A stretch of 64,000 nucleotides of DNA from an uncultured delta proteobacterium (GCA_963766715.1 CAVYBH010000014.1:65994-129993), one strand, 5' to 3'. Numbered from the stretch's first letter, positions 42,088 through 53,745 are shown. Made by a program: numbers and translations. The notes: generated from the sequence alone by a model not told the origin.

Positions 42088-42541
42088 TCACGATCCTCGA
42101 GGCGGCTGCCGGAGGATGTCCGCCAGGGCCTCGCGGATGCGGTCCGGAATGGCCGTCGGCGTGGACGTCGCTGCGGTCCACGAAGACGTGAACCACCGTT
42201 CCCGCGGCCCGGCAGAGGTCGTCTCCCGGCGTGAAGACGCCCAGGCCGTAGTGGACGGAGCTGCGGCCGATGCGGTCGACGCGCAGCCCGATCTCCAGAT
42301 CCGCCGGATAGGCCACGGGCCTGAAGTACTCGCAGGACGAGCTCACCACGAACCCGACCACGGCCCCGGCGGCGATGTCGAGCCCGCCCTTCCGGATCAG
42401 GTGCTGGTTGATGACCGAGTCGAAGTACGAGTAGTAGTGCGCGTTGTTGACGTGCCCGTAGACGTCGTTGTCCATCCAGCGGGCCGTCACCGTCTGGAAC
42501 GAGGCGTACGCGTCCCGGTGCGGAACGTCCTTCTCGGCCAT
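42088..42541 (-). CDS. Acyl-CoA thioesterase (4HBT/YbgC hot-dog fold; frameshift ~42160)
   Basis: RWMDNDVYGHVNNAHYYSYFD...IGRSSVHY...VHVFVDR. Confidence 0.88.
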
Positions 42542-42553
42542 CGTCGCCCCTTC

Positions 42554-43918
42554 CTACTTCACCCAGACGGTCTTCACGTTGACGAAGGCGCGGATGCCCT
42601 CGAGCCCCAGCTCGCGGCCGTAGCCGGAGGTCTTCACGCCGCCGAAGGGCAGGCGCGGGTCGCTCTTCACGAGCCCGTTCACGAAGACGGCGCCGGCCTC
42701 GATGCGCGGGACGAGCCGCTCGATCTGGGCCTCGCTGCGGGTCCAGAGGGACGCCCCCAGCCCGAACTTGGAGTCGTTGGCGATCTCCACCGCGTGGTCG
42801 GCCGAGTCGGCCCGGATGACCACCGCCACCGGCCCGAACAGCTCCTCGCGCGCCGCGATGTTGCTCGTCTTCACGTCGGCCAGGATCGAGACCGGGTAGA
42901 ACGCGCCCGGGCCGGGCGGCACCGTGCAGCCCAGCACCGGCCGCGCGCCCTCCGCGATGGCCTGCTTCACCTGCGCGTGCATCTCGTCGCGCAGGTCGGT
43001 GCGCGCCTGCGGGCCGATCTCGGTGGCCGGATCGAACGGATCGCCCACCCGGACGGCCTTCATCGCCGCGGTCAGCTTCTCGAGGAAGGCGTCGTGCACG
43101 GGCGCCTCGACGATGAACCGCTTGGCGTTGATGCAGCTCTGCCCGGCGTTCAGCGTGCGGGAGGCCGCGCCCACCTTGGCCGCCGTGTCGACGTCGGCGT
43201 CGGCGAGCACGATGAACGGGTCGGACCCGCCCAGCTCGAGCACGGAGGGCTTCAGCCCCTCGCCCGAGGCGGCCGCCACCGCCTTCCCGGCGGCCTCGCT
43301 CCCGGTGATGGTCGTGGCGGCGATGCGCGGGTCGAGGATCACGTTCCGCACCGGCTTCGATCCGATGAGCAAGGTGCGGAAGAGGTCGGGCGGGAAGCCC
43401 GCGTCCCGCATCAGCGCCTCGATGGAGAGCGCACACTGCGGCACGTTCGAGGCGTGCTTGAGCAGGCCGCCGTTGCCGGACATGAAGTGCGGCGCGATGA
43501 ACCGGAAGACCTGCCAGTACGGGAAGTTCCAGGGCATGACCGCGAGCACCACGCCCAGCGGGTCGAAGCGGACGTAGCTCCTCCCCGCGTCGCTCGGCTC
43601 CTGGCGGGGCGCCAGGTAGGCGGCGGCGTGCTCGGCGTAGTGGTTGCACGCCCAGGCGCACTTCTTCGCCTCCGCCACCCCGTCCTTGAGCGGCTTGCCC
43701 ATCTCCAGCGCCATCAGCTTCGCCAGCTCCGGGGCCCGGGCCTCGAGCAGCGACGCCACCTTGCGCATGGGCACGGCCCGCTCGGCCAGGGACACCCGGG
43801 CCCACGCCTTCTGCGCCTTCACGGCCGCGTCGAGGATGCGATCGATCTCGGCCGCTCCCATCTCGGGAAAGGCGGCCAGCCGCTCGCCGGTGCTCGGGTT
43901 CAGGCTCTCGATGGCCAT
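42554..43918 (-). CDS. NAD(P)-dependent succinate-semialdehyde dehydrogenase-like aldehyde dehydrogenase (Sad/GabD1 type)
   Basis: VMPWNFP, LKHASNVP, LELGGSDPF, NAGQSCINAKRF, EELFGPV and PFGGVKTSGYGRELG. Confidence 0.9.
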   Translation of the reverse strand: MAIESLNPSTGERLAAFPEMGAAEIDRILDAAVKAQKAWARVSLAERAVPMRKVASLLEARAPELAKLMALEMGKPLKDGVAEAKKCAWACNHYAEHAAAYLAPRQEPSDAGRSYVRFDPLGVVLAVMPWNFPYWQVFRFIAPHFMSGNGGLLKHASNVPQCALSIEALMRDAGFPPDLFRTLLIGSKPVRNVILDPRIAATTITGSEAAGKAVAAASGEGLKPSVLELGGSDPFIVLADADVDTAAKVGAASRTLNAGQSCINAKRFIVEAPVHDAFLEKLTAAMKAVRVGDPFDPATEIGPQARTDLRDEMHAQVKQAIAEGARPVLGCTVPPGPGAFYPVSILADVKTSNIAAREELFGPVAVVIRADSADHAVEIANDSKFGLGASLWTRSEAQIERLVPRIEAGAVFVNGLVKSDPRLPFGGVKTSGYGRELGLEGIRAFVNVKTVWVK

Positions 43919-43929
43919 GGCGTCTCCCT

Positions 43930-45057
43930 TCAGGCGTGGGGAAGGAGGACCTGCCGCACGGCGACGCCGGCGGCCAGGTTCTCGAAGGCTTCGTTGATCT
44001 GCGCGAGGGGGAGCGCCGCGCTCTGCAGCCGGTCCACCGGCATGCGCCCCGCCTTCCAGAGCGACAGGTAGCGGGGGATGTCCCGCTGCGGGGCCGCCGA
44101 CCCCATGTAGGAGCCCACCAGCGACTGCCCCAGCCCGGCGAAGGCGAGCGCCGGCAGGGTCACCGTCCGGGACGGGTGCGGCAGGCCCATGGCCACCGTC
44201 TTGCCGCCGCGGCGCGCGGCCCGGAAGGCGGCCTCGAGGACCGCCGGGACGCCCGCCGCCTCGAAGGTCACCTCGGCGCCGCCGCCGGTCAGGTCCTTCA
44301 CGCCCTTCTCGGCCTCCTCCGGCGCGAAGACCGCGGTCGCGCCCAGCTCGAGCGCGAGCGCCCGCTTGGCCGGGACCGGGTCCACCGCGACGATCGGCCA
44401 GGCGTTCGCGACCAGCGCCCCCATCACCGAGGCCAGCCCGACCCCGCCCAGGCCGAAGATCGCCACCGACTGGCCGGGGCGGACGGAGGCGGTGTTGAGG
44501 ACCGCGCCGGCGCCGGTCAGCACCGCGCATCCGAAGAGGGCGGCCGTCTGGAGCGGGACGTCCTTCGGGACCACCACCGCCGACTCCCGCGCGATCACCG
44601 CGTGGCGCGCGAAGGCCGAGATCCCCAGGTGGTGGTGGATGCTCTTCCCGTCCCCGCCGGTCATCACCGACGGCCCGTGGAGCAGGGTTCCCGCCCCGTT
44701 GGCCGCCGCGCCGGGCGTGCAGAGCGCGGGCAGGCCCGACGAGCACTCGGGACAGGTGCCGCAGCTGGGCACGAAGGTGAGCACCACGTGGTCTCCCACC
44801 TTCACGTCCCGGACCCCGGCGCCGATCTCCTCGACCACGCCGGCGGCCTCGTGGCCGAGCGCCATGGGCAGCGGGCGCACCCGGGACCCGTCGACCACCG
44901 AGATGTCCGAGTGGCAGACGCCTGCGGCCTCGATGCGCACGAGCAGCTCGCCGGCGCGCGGAGCGCCCAGCTCGACCTCCTCGAGCTTCATCGGCCTCGA
45001 CGTCCCGTAGGGACGCTGTCCCTCCACGGCGCGGAGCACGGCGGCCACGGTCTTCAT
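43930..45057 (-). CDS. Zn-dependent alcohol dehydrogenase (MDR family)
   Basis: GVCHSD, LGHEAAG, CGTCPECSSGLPALC and GLGGVG. Confidence 0.92.
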   Translation of the reverse strand: MKTVAAVLRAVEGQRPYGTSRPMKLEEVELGAPRAGELLVRIEAAGVCHSDISVVDGSRVRPLPMALGHEAAGVVEEIGAGVRDVKVGDHVVLTFVPSCGTCPECSSGLPALCTPGAAANGAGTLLHGPSVMTGGDGKSIHHHLGISAFARHAVIARESAVVVPKDVPLQTAALFGCAVLTGAGAVLNTASVRPGQSVAIFGLGGVGLASVMGALVANAWPIVAVDPVPAKRALALELGATAVFAPEEAEKGVKDLTGGGAEVTFEAAGVPAVLEAAFRAARRGGKTVAMGLPHPSRTVTLPALAFAGLGQSLVGSYMGSAAPQRDIPRYLSLWKAGRMPVDRLQSAALPLAQINEAFENLAAGVAVRQVLLPHA

Positions 45058-45079
45058 GTGTCCCTTCCCTTCGGTGCGA

Positions 45080-45730
45080 TCAGGCGGCGGCCCGGGTGAC
45101 CCGGCCGCGGTCGATGGTGTAGACGACGTCGAGGAGCTTGCGGGAGTGGGAGAGGTCCGACTCGGAGAGGATCACCGAGAGCCCCTCGGAGCGCAGCATG
45201 GCCACCACCTCGGCCAGCCGCCGGGCCAGCACGGGCGCCACCCCCTCGAACGGCTCGTCGAGGAGCAGGAGCTTCGTCCCGCTCATGAGCGAGCGGGCCA
45301 GCGCCGCCAGCTTCTGCTGGCCGCCCGAGAGCTGGAGTCCCTTTCGCTCCCGCAGGAGCGCCACCTCCGGGATCATCTCGTAGATGCGCTTCAGCCGGGC
45401 CTCGTACCCGGGGGTGCCGGCCGCCCAGGCCGGGAGGCAGACGTTCTCCTCGATGGAGAGCTGCGGGATGATGCGCCGGTCCTCCGGCATGTAGCCCATG
45501 CCGCTGCGCGCGCGGACGTGGGCCGGGACGCCCTGCATGGACGCGCCGGCGAACTCGATGGTGCCGGCGGTGGACGGGAGCACCCCCATGATGGCGCGCA
45601 TCAGGGTGGTCTTCCCGGCGCCGTTGCGCCCGATGAGCCCGGCCAGCTGCCCCGGCTCCACGCGGAGGCCGACGCCGCGGAGGATGCGCACCGACTTGAT
45701 GGAGACGTCGAGCGAGTCGACCTTCAGCAT
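45080..45730 (-). CDS. Branched-chain-type ABC transporter ATPase (LivF-like)
   Basis: GRNGAGKTT, LSGGQQK and LLLLDEPFEG. Confidence 0.9.
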   Translation of the reverse strand: MLKVDSLDVSIKSVRILRGVGLRVEPGQLAGLIGRNGAGKTTLMRAIMGVLPSTAGTIEFAGASMQGVPAHVRARSGMGYMPEDRRIIPQLSIEENVCLPAWAAGTPGYEARLKRIYEMIPEVALLRERKGLQLSGGQQKLAALARSLMSGTKLLLLDEPFEGVAPVLARRLAEVVAMLRSEGLSVILSESDLSHSRKLLDVVYTIDRGRVTRAAA

Positions 45731-46501
45731 GCGGCCCCCTGCTCCTCCGGCACGGGCTCGCCCACCACCAGCCTCCGGACCTCGGGGTTCGCGAGCACGG
45801 TGGCCGAGTCGGCGTCGGCGATCACCTTGCCGTCGTAGAAGGCCAGGATCCGCTGCGTGTAGCGCCGGACGATGTCCATGTCGTGCTCGACGAAGAGTAC
45901 CGTCACCTTGTCGGCGCGGATGGCGCCGAGCACCAGGTCCATGAGGGCGAACTTCTCGTCGGCCGAGACGCCGCTGGTGGGCTCGTCGAGCAGCAGGATG
46001 CTGGGCTTCACCGCCAGTGCCATGGCGATGTCGAGCAGCTTGCGCACGCCCTCGGGGAGCACCGAGGCCGGCTCGTCCCGCGTACTCGCGGAGGTGGAAG
46101 CGCTCGAGCATCTCCTCGGCCACGTCCTCCGGCCGCCCGGTCCCGGCCTGGCTCCCGGCGAAGGCCTTCCGGCCCATGGCGACGATGCCCAGCCCCACGA
46201 GCAGGTTCTCCCGGGTGGAGAGGGTGTCGAACACCTGCGGGATCTGGAACGAGCGGCAGATGCCCAGCCGGGTGATGCGACGCGGCGCCATCCCGGTGAT
46301 GTCCCGGCCCCGGAAGCGGATGGTGCCGGAGGTGGGCTTCAGGTAGCCGGTGACCAGGTTGAGGAAGGTGGTCTTCCCGGCCCCGTTGCCGCCGATGAGC
46401 CCCACGACCGTGTCCTCCTCGATGGAGACGTGGATGTCCCGGGCCGCGGTCACGGCGCCGAAGGTCTTCACGAGCCCGGTGGCCTCGAGGATGGGGTTCA
46501 C
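45724..46501 (-). CDS. Branched-chain-type ABC transporter ATPase (LivG-like; frameshift ~46075)
   Basis: GGNGAGKTT, RSFQIPQVF, LLLDEPTSG and VEHDM. Confidence 0.88.
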
Positions 46502-47442
46502 GCCGAGGCCCTCCGCTTGCGCCGGAACACCGACCAGAGGCCGTCGGGCAGGAAGAGGATCACCGCCAGCATGGCGCTGCCCATCACCAGCTGCCAGGTG
46601 TTGGGCGCGTGCTCGTAGGCGAAGCTCCGGAGCAGCTCGAGCAGGAGGGCGCCGGCGAAGGGAGCGGCCACGCTGGTGGTCCCGGAGAGGATGGCGACGA
46701 AGACGAACTCGCCGGAGGTGGTCCAGTAGGCCATCTCCGGGTCGACGTGCCCCACCGCGAGCGCGGTGACGGCGCCGCCCATGCCGGCCAGGAGCGCGGC
46801 GATGACCAGGTTCAGGTGGACCACGTTGCGGACGGACGCGCCCATGTACTCGACGCGGAGCTCGTTGTCCCGCACCGCAGGCGCGAGCCGGCCCAGGTAG
46901 GTCCCCAGGTAGCGGTCGACCCCGACCGCCGATCCGAAGGCCACGAGCGCGGCGATGGCGTAGACGCCGTACCGGCCGAGCGCGCTCCCGGCGGCGACGC
47001 CGAAGACCGTCCGGGGGGCCACGTTGAACCCGTCGGTCGATCCCAGCGCGGAGGTCTTCACCAGGAGTCCGTAGAGGATCATGGAGAAGGCCAGCGAGAG
47101 CATGGCGAAGAAGATGGCGCGGTAGCGGGCCAGCAGGATCCCCAGCACCGCCGCCACCAGCGCCGCGGCGAGCCCCCCCATGAGCACCATGGGGACCGCG
47201 TCGCCGACGTGGAAGGCCTCCGCGCCGACGCCCGCCGCGTAGGCCCCGGTGGCGAAGTAGAGCCCCTGCCCGAAGGAGACGAGGCCGGTCCGCATGAGCA
47301 GGAGCAGGCCCAGCGCCACGAGCCCCTTGGCGATGGCGATGGTCACCAGGAAGAGCGCCCACTTCGGGAGCACCGGGGCGGCGAGCCCCAGCGCGAGGAG
47401 CGCGATCCCCAGGCCGAGCGTGGTTCGCCTGGAGGCGGTCAT
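46498..47442 (-). CDS. Branched-chain-type ABC permease (LivM-like)
   Basis: GLVSFGQGLY, AIFFAMLSLAFS and AVRDNELRVEYMG, with multiple TM helices. Confidence 0.88.
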   Translation of the reverse strand: MTASRRTTLGLGIALLALGLAAPVLPKWALFLVTIAIAKGLVALGLLLLMRTGLVSFGQGLYFATGAYAAGVGAEAFHVGDAVPMVLMGGLAAALVAAVLGILLARYRAIFFAMLSLAFSMILYGLLVKTSALGSTDGFNVAPRTVFGVAAGSALGRYGVYAIAALVAFGSAVGVDRYLGTYLGRLAPAVRDNELRVEYMGASVRNVVHLNLVIAALLAGMGGAVTALAVGHVDPEMAYWTTSGEFVFVAILSGTTSVAAPFAGALLLELLRSFAYEHAPNTWQLVMGSAMLAVILFLPDGLWSVFRRKRRASA

Positions 47443-48336
47443 ATCTTGCGCGCCTCGGCCGCGACGAAGAGTCCCCGCGGACGGAAGGCCAGGACGAGCG
47501 CCATGACGAGGTAGATGCTGAAGAGCTCGACCTGCGGGAAGAAGTGCACCGCGGCGGAGCGGACCAGCCCCACGATGAGGGCGCCGAGCGCCGCGCCCTG
47601 CATGCTGCCCAGGCCGCCGATGACCACCACCGCGAAGGCGAGCACGATCACCTCCACCCCCATGCCGGGGACCACCGAGACGGTGGGCGCGGTCAGCGCC
47701 CCGCCGATGGCGGCCAGCATCGTCCCCAGCGTGAAGGTGACGAGGTAGACCCGGCTCACGTTGATCCCCAGCGCCGCGCTCACCTCGCGGTCGTGGATGA
47801 CCGCGGTGAGGAGCTTGCCGTACTTCGTGGCGTAGATGCCGAAGCGCAGCCCGACCCCGACCAGCACGGCGGCGCCCACCAGCACCGCGCTGTAGACGGG
47901 GTAGGAGAGGTTGCCGATGTCGACGTTCCCGAGCAGCCCGTAGGGCTCGGAGATGAAGTAGGACTCGACGCCCCAGACCAGCTTCACCGTGTCCTCGATG
48001 ATGAGGAAGAGCGCGTACGTGACGAGGACCAGCACCACCTCGTCCCGCCCGTAGCAGAAGCGGAGCAGCCCGCGCTCGATGAGCGGCCCCACGGTGAGCC
48101 CCACGAGCAGCGCCGCCAGGATCGAGCATGGCGTAGCTGCCCAGGGGGGCGTACCCGGCGCGCAGCCAGGCGCCGGCGAGAGAGGCCGCCGCGTACGCGC
48201 CCAGCGCGTACAGGCTGCCGTGCGCCATGTTGAGGATGCGCATCACGCCGTAGATGATGGTGAGCCCTGCGGCGATGATGAACAGCCACGACGCGTAGAT
48301 CACGCCGTCCACGAGGACGGCCAGGATCGTGCTCAT
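47439..48336 (-). CDS. Branched-chain-type ABC permease (LivH-like; frameshift ~48120)
   Basis: GLTIIYGVMRILNMAHG and AFAVVVIGGLGSM. Confidence 0.9.
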
Positions 48337-48369
48337 GCGGGAGCGGCCTCTCTCCGTCGGCGGCTGGAG

Positions 48370-49675
48370 CTACTTGGCCTTGAAGCCGGCCTTGATCCAG
48401 TCGGCGCTCTTCACGCCCTCCGGCGGGTTCACCTTCTCGGCCGGGTACTGCTTCACGTTCACGAAGGTGAGCTTGCCGTCCACGATCTTGGTCTGGCCGT
48501 AGACCGTGCCCTCCACCGCCTGGTGACCCTTGCCGAGCGCCATCTTGATGGTGCCGCTCGGCGTCTCGAAGGAGAGCCCCTCGAAGGCGGCGATGATCTG
48601 GTCCTGGGTCGGGGCGGCCGTGCCGGCGCCCTGCGCCTTCTCGTAGGCCGCCTTGAGGCCGAGGATCGACTGGGCCATGTGGTAGGCGGGGTAGTTGGGG
48701 GAGAGCACGAAGCGGTCCTGGTAGGCGGCCCGGTAGAAGCGGTTCAGCTCGTTGTCCGGGGCGTAGGCGCCGTGCGGGCCGCGGGCGCCGATGATGGTGC
48801 CGTCGGGGAACTGGTTGCCCAGCTTGTGGGTGGCGGTCTCGCCGCAGGTCAGCGCGGCGGTGCTCTTCTTCAGCGCGCCGCGGGGCACCGCCTGGAGCAC
48901 GAAGGCGTCGAGGTCGCCACCCCAGAAGCTGGAGTGGATGACGTCCGGGCTGCCGGCCATGAGGGCGGAGATCTCGGCGCCGTACTGGCCGGCGAGGAGC
49001 TTGGGCATCTGCGAGGTGGTCACCTGGACGCCGGGGCGGAGCACCTTCATCGACTCCTCGAAGTCGTTCCAGGAGTCCTGGCCCCAGGCGTAGTTCTGGT
49101 TGATGCCGGCGATCTTCTTCGCGTTCGGCATCATCTCGGTCGACGTAGAGGGCGGCCGCGACGTTGTCCATGGCGGCGTGGCTGGAGGTGCGGAAGACGT
49201 GCTTGTAGGAGGCGTCCTCGAAGATCCGCGGCGTCCCGCAGTCGAAGAAGATGGTGAGCTTCTTCAGCTCCTCCGCCACCGGGGCCACGGCCAGGCAGTC
49301 GCCGCTGGAGATGTAGCCGATGACGGCGTCGACCTTCTGGCGCTGCACGAGGTCGCGGAACTCGCTCACCTGCTTGGTGGTGCCGCCGGCCTCGTCGAGG
49401 AAGACGAGCTCGACCTGGCGGCCGCCGAAGCCGGCCTTGGCGTAGGGCGCCGGCACCTTCCCGGCGTTGATGGCCTCGACGAGCACCTCGGCGCCGTTGC
49501 GCGCCGGGACGCCGAACGGGCCCGCCGCCGCGCCGGAGAGGAACGTGACGACGCCGATCCGGAACTTGGGCGGGTCGTCGGCGCGAACGTGTCCGGCAGG
49601 CGCGAGGAGCGCGCATGCGAGGAGGGCTGCGGAGACCATCGCCAGGAGACGGGGAGTGCGTTCGCTCGTTTTCAC
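48370..49675 (-). CDS. Periplasmic substrate-binding protein, LivJ/type I family (frameshift ~49140)
   Basis: Signal peptide, IGVVTFLSGAAAGPFG, VIGYISSG and NYAWGQD. Confidence 0.88.
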
Positions 49676-49784
49676 GGGGGTTCCTCCGGTTCGGGGAAAG
49701 GAAAGCGAAGCAGCATACCTATCCGGAGCGGTGGAGATCTTGACGGGGTGCGTCACCGTCCAATGGACGCGGCCTTTCCGGTAA

Positions 49785-50542
49785 ATGGACGCGGCCGATC
49801 CCGTGGTCGGGATCGACCCGGTGGCGCGCGCCGTGCTGCTCGACGGCGCCGAGTCGATCCGCACGAAGACCATCGTCCTCGCCACGGGTGTCTCCTGGCG
49901 CCATCTCGCCCTGGAGGGGTTCGAGCGACTGCTGGGCAAGGGGCTCTACACGGAGCCGCGCGGAGCGACGCGGGCATGACCCAGGGGCTGGACGTCCACC
50001 TGGTGGGGGCCGGAAACTCGGCGGGACAGGCCGCCCTGTCCTTCGCCAACCACGCCCGCACCGTGACGCTGGTGGTCCGGGGCGACTCCCTCGAGAAGAG
50101 CATGTCCCGCTACCTGATCGAGCAGGTGCAGGGGAAATCGAACATCCGGGTCGAGCTGCGGTCGGAGGTGAAGGCTGCGGTCGGCGGCGACCACCTGGAC
50201 GGGCTCGACGTCCTCGACCGGAGCACCGGGAAGACCCGGCGGGTCGGGAGCGGAGGGCTCTTCGTCTTCATCGGCGCGGATGCCGAGACCGGGTGGCTGC
50301 CGGCGGAGATCAGCCGCGACGAGCGCGGATACGTCCGGACGGGCGACGCGGTGGTCCGGGCCGGGCGATGGAGCGCCGCCCGCGACCCCTACCTGCTCGA
50401 GACCAGCGTCCCGGGCGTGTTCGCCTGTGGGGACGTCCGCGCGAGCCCGGTGAAGCGCGTCGCCGCCGCGGTCGGGGAGGGGAGCATGGCGATCGCCTTC
50501 ATCCACCAGTACCTGCAGCAGGTGGCGGGCCGACCGACGTAA
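49785..50542 (+). pseudogene. N-terminally truncated thioredoxin-reductase-like FAD oxidoreductase
   Basis: IVLATG, VGAGNSAGQAA and ETSVPGVFACGDVR...KRVAAAVGEG are present. The first GxGxxG FAD motif is absent and there is a frameshift at ~49950. Confidence 0.65.
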
Positions 50543-50543
50543 G

Positions 50544-52635
50544 ATGCCGGCGATGGCCGGCCACCTGGCGGAAGCCCGTTTCGGCGAGCTGATTCGCGAC
50601 CTGGCGAACGCCGGACGGGCAATCTCGTCCTACCCGTCCGGGCATCCCGCCGTGGCGGGAGGCCTGGCGCCGCGCCCACCAGACGCTCTCGGCGCTGCTG
50701 GCCGACACCGGTCCCATCGAGATCGCCGCGGCGCGCGACGCGCTCCTCTGGGACGACCGGCGGTTCACCACGCCCCAGGCGGTGGCGCTCGCGCGGCTCC
50801 TGCGCCGCCGCCGGGCCGCCGTGCTCCTCCTCGAGCCGGGGGTGAGCCCGGAGGAGCTCGAGACCTTCCTGCGCACCCTGGCCGTCGACGTCCGGAGCGC
50901 TCGGGAGTCGGGCTCGCTGGCTGCCGAGCTGGCCGCCGCCGGTCTCGACCGGCTGCGCGTCAGCGACCTCGACTTCTCCTCCCTGGCGCTCGTCGAGGGG
51001 GACGAGGAACCCACCGCCCCGGAGGCGGGAGCGTTCGCGAGCCGGGTCGTCCGGAGGCTCGTCGAGGACGGAAGCCTTCGCCCCGACAGCGTGGAGACCT
51101 GGATCACCTCCGGCAAGAGCGCGGCGGATCTGCTCGCCCTGCTGCCGTCGACGCGGCGGAGCCGGGAGCCAGTGGCGCGGTGGCGGCCTTCCTCGAATCC
51201 CCCGACGGCGAGGGCGCCGCGGTGATCGCCGCCCTCCACGCCCGTCTCCAGGGGGAGGGGCGCGGCCGGCTGGTCCAGGAGCTCGCGGCCGCGCTGGCCA
51301 GTGCGGCCTCGGGCGAGGAGGCCCTCGCGCTGCTCTCCGCCGCCCTGTCTCCGCAGGCGGCGGCCGAGCTTCGCCAGGCGATCGCCAGCCGCGCGACCCG
51401 GGAACGGGGCGACGCACCGCCCCCGGACGCGGCCCCCCGAGGATGCACCCGGTCCAGCTCGCCTCCCTGCGGCGGGCCTTCGCCACCGACGACGTCGACA
51501 CGTTCCGCGACGAGGGGACGTCCGTCGACGCGCTCGCGGCGAGGCTCGAGCTGCCGGAGGACGCGACCGGCCAGGATCCTCTCCCCGGCCGCCGCGGAGA
51601 CCGGTCGCGAGGTCGCCGGGCCGAGCCTCGATCGCGACGGGACGGCGGCGCTGCTCGAGCTCGCCGAGCGCCCGGAGGTGTCCCCGGAGGTCCGACCCCA
51701 GGTGCTGCACCGCTTCGGCGCGGGCTATCTCCGGCAGCTGTCCGGAGGGCGGGTCCGGAAGGCGACCGGCCTGCTCGAGCGCGTCCAGCGCGGCGCGGCC
51801 GGAGAGGGACCCGGCGTCGGCGGACTTCCGTCGCACCGCGGAGCAGATGACGGGGCGCGAGTCGGTCGAGGCCCTCGTCGCGTCCCTGGCCGGGATCCCG
51901 CAGGAGTCGCTCGACGTCGTCCCCGCGCTCGTCGAGCGGATGGGGGCCGGCGCCGTGCCGCAACTCCTCGACGTGCTGGCCCGGACCGAGAACCGGCGCA
52001 CGCGACACCTCCTCCTCGACCTTCTGGCGAAGGTCGGCCCCTCGGTCGCGCGCGACGCCACGACGCTGCTCGCCGACTCGCGCTGGTACGTCGTCCGCAA
52101 CATGCTGCTCCTCCTGCGGCAGGTCGGCGACGCGAGGTCGGTCCCCGCCGTGCGCCGCTGCGTCGACCACCCGGACCTCCGCGTCCGGCTCGAGGCCATC
52201 CACACGCTCTTCGTCTTCGACCGGGAGGTGCCGCGCGAGCTCCTGCGCCGCGCGCTCCACGACCCCGATCCGAGGCAGGCCGAGGCCGCCATGGAGCTCG
52301 CGGGGAAGTTCGGCATCGCCGAGGCGGTCGAGCCCATCGTGGCCTACCTGCGCGCCTGGGATCCGCTCGGCAAGCGCCGCGCCGCCCGGCTGAAGGCCAT
52401 TCGCGCGCTCGCGGCGATCGGCGATCCGGCCGCGCTTCCCGGGCTGGGACGGTTCCGCGCCCGGTTCCACCCGTTGCCGCCGGCGATCGAGGAGCGGCGG
52501 GAGCTCTACCGGACACTCCCCGCCTATCCGGAGGAGTCGTACCGGGAGTGGATCGCGAGCGGGCTGCGCTCGCGAGACGCCGAGATCCGGCGGCTGAGCG
52601 CGGCGATGGGCCCGGCGCCGGAGGTCGCGTCGTGA
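50544..52635 (+). CDS. HEAT-repeat protein (frameshifted)
   Basis: YPSGHPAV at the N-terminus and C-terminal HEAT repeats LADSRWYVVRNMLLLL and HPDLRVRLEAI. Confidence 0.75.
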
Positions 52636-53745
52636 ACGCTCCCGGGGGCGCCAGCCGCGCCGAGCTCACCCAGCGCCTCGTGGCGGACCTCGGCGCCGCC
52701 TTCCAGCTGCGCGCCGCCTACGCGCCGGGACATCCACAGGTGAAGGGCGCGCTCGCCCGGGTGGTGGCCGCCCTCCGGTCGTGGTGCGCCCACGAGGGGA
52801 CGACCGACGTCTCGCTGATCCTCATGGAGGGGCACCTGCTCGTGGAACGCCAGCCGGTGCCCGAGGACGCCACCTGGCCGCGCGGCCTGCTGCGGGCCTT
52901 CGACCGGCACGGGATCCGCGGGCTGACGCTCGCGGCAGCGCTCGACGAGCCGGAGCTGGGGAGCTTCCTCGACGGATGCGCCGGCCCGAAGGGGCCCTCG
53001 GCGTCCCGGCACATCCTGGTCGGCCAGGCGGGCTTCGCGGCCGAGGCTCCTCCCGAAGGCGCCGGCGACGCAGCCCCTGTCCGGAGCGGCGCACCGGGCG
53101 CGCTCGCGCCCGAGCAGGTGCAGGAGGCGCGCTCGGAGCTTCGCGCCATCGCCGCCGGGACCGCCGACGGGGATCGACCGGTTGCGCGGCTTCATCGCCC
53201 AGCTCGCGCGCAGCGTCGATGCCGGCTCGCTCGACACGCTCCGGCGGGAGGCGGCCCGGCTCGAGGACCGCGAGTTCCTCCACGGCCTGGCGGTGTCCCT
53301 CACCACCTTCCGTCTCGGGCGGGCGCTCGGCGTCGAGGGCCGGGCGCTCGAGGACCTCGCGCTCGCCGGGCTCCTCCACGACGTCGGATACCTGGACGCG
53401 GAGGGGGCGGAGGAAGACCCGGCCAGGAGACGAAGGCTCCACCCGATCCGGGGCGCGGCGCGACTGGCCGCGCTCGAGGGCATCCCGGACGGCGTGGTCC
53501 TCGTCGCCTACGAGCACCACCTGCGCTTCGACGGCATTCCGAGCTTCCCCGTGATGACCGTGCCCCGCCAGCCGGTCGCCGCGCCGCGCGTGGTGGCGGT
53601 GGCCGACACCTGGGAGACGCTCCGGAGCCGGCCGGAGACGGGGACGGAGGACGCGCTCGCGATGCTGGCGGGCCGGGCCGGGACGTTCCTCGATCCGGCG
53701 CTCGTCGAGCTGCTCGCCGAGCTGGTCCGGCCGCGGCCCGGCTGA
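52632..53745 (+). CDS. HD-GYP-like phosphohydrolase with degenerate GYP motif (frameshift ~53170)
   Basis: YAPGHPQV, FLHGLAV, GLLHDVG, HPIRGA, AYEHHLRFDGIPSFP, VAVADTWE and GTFLDPALV. Confidence 0.78.
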
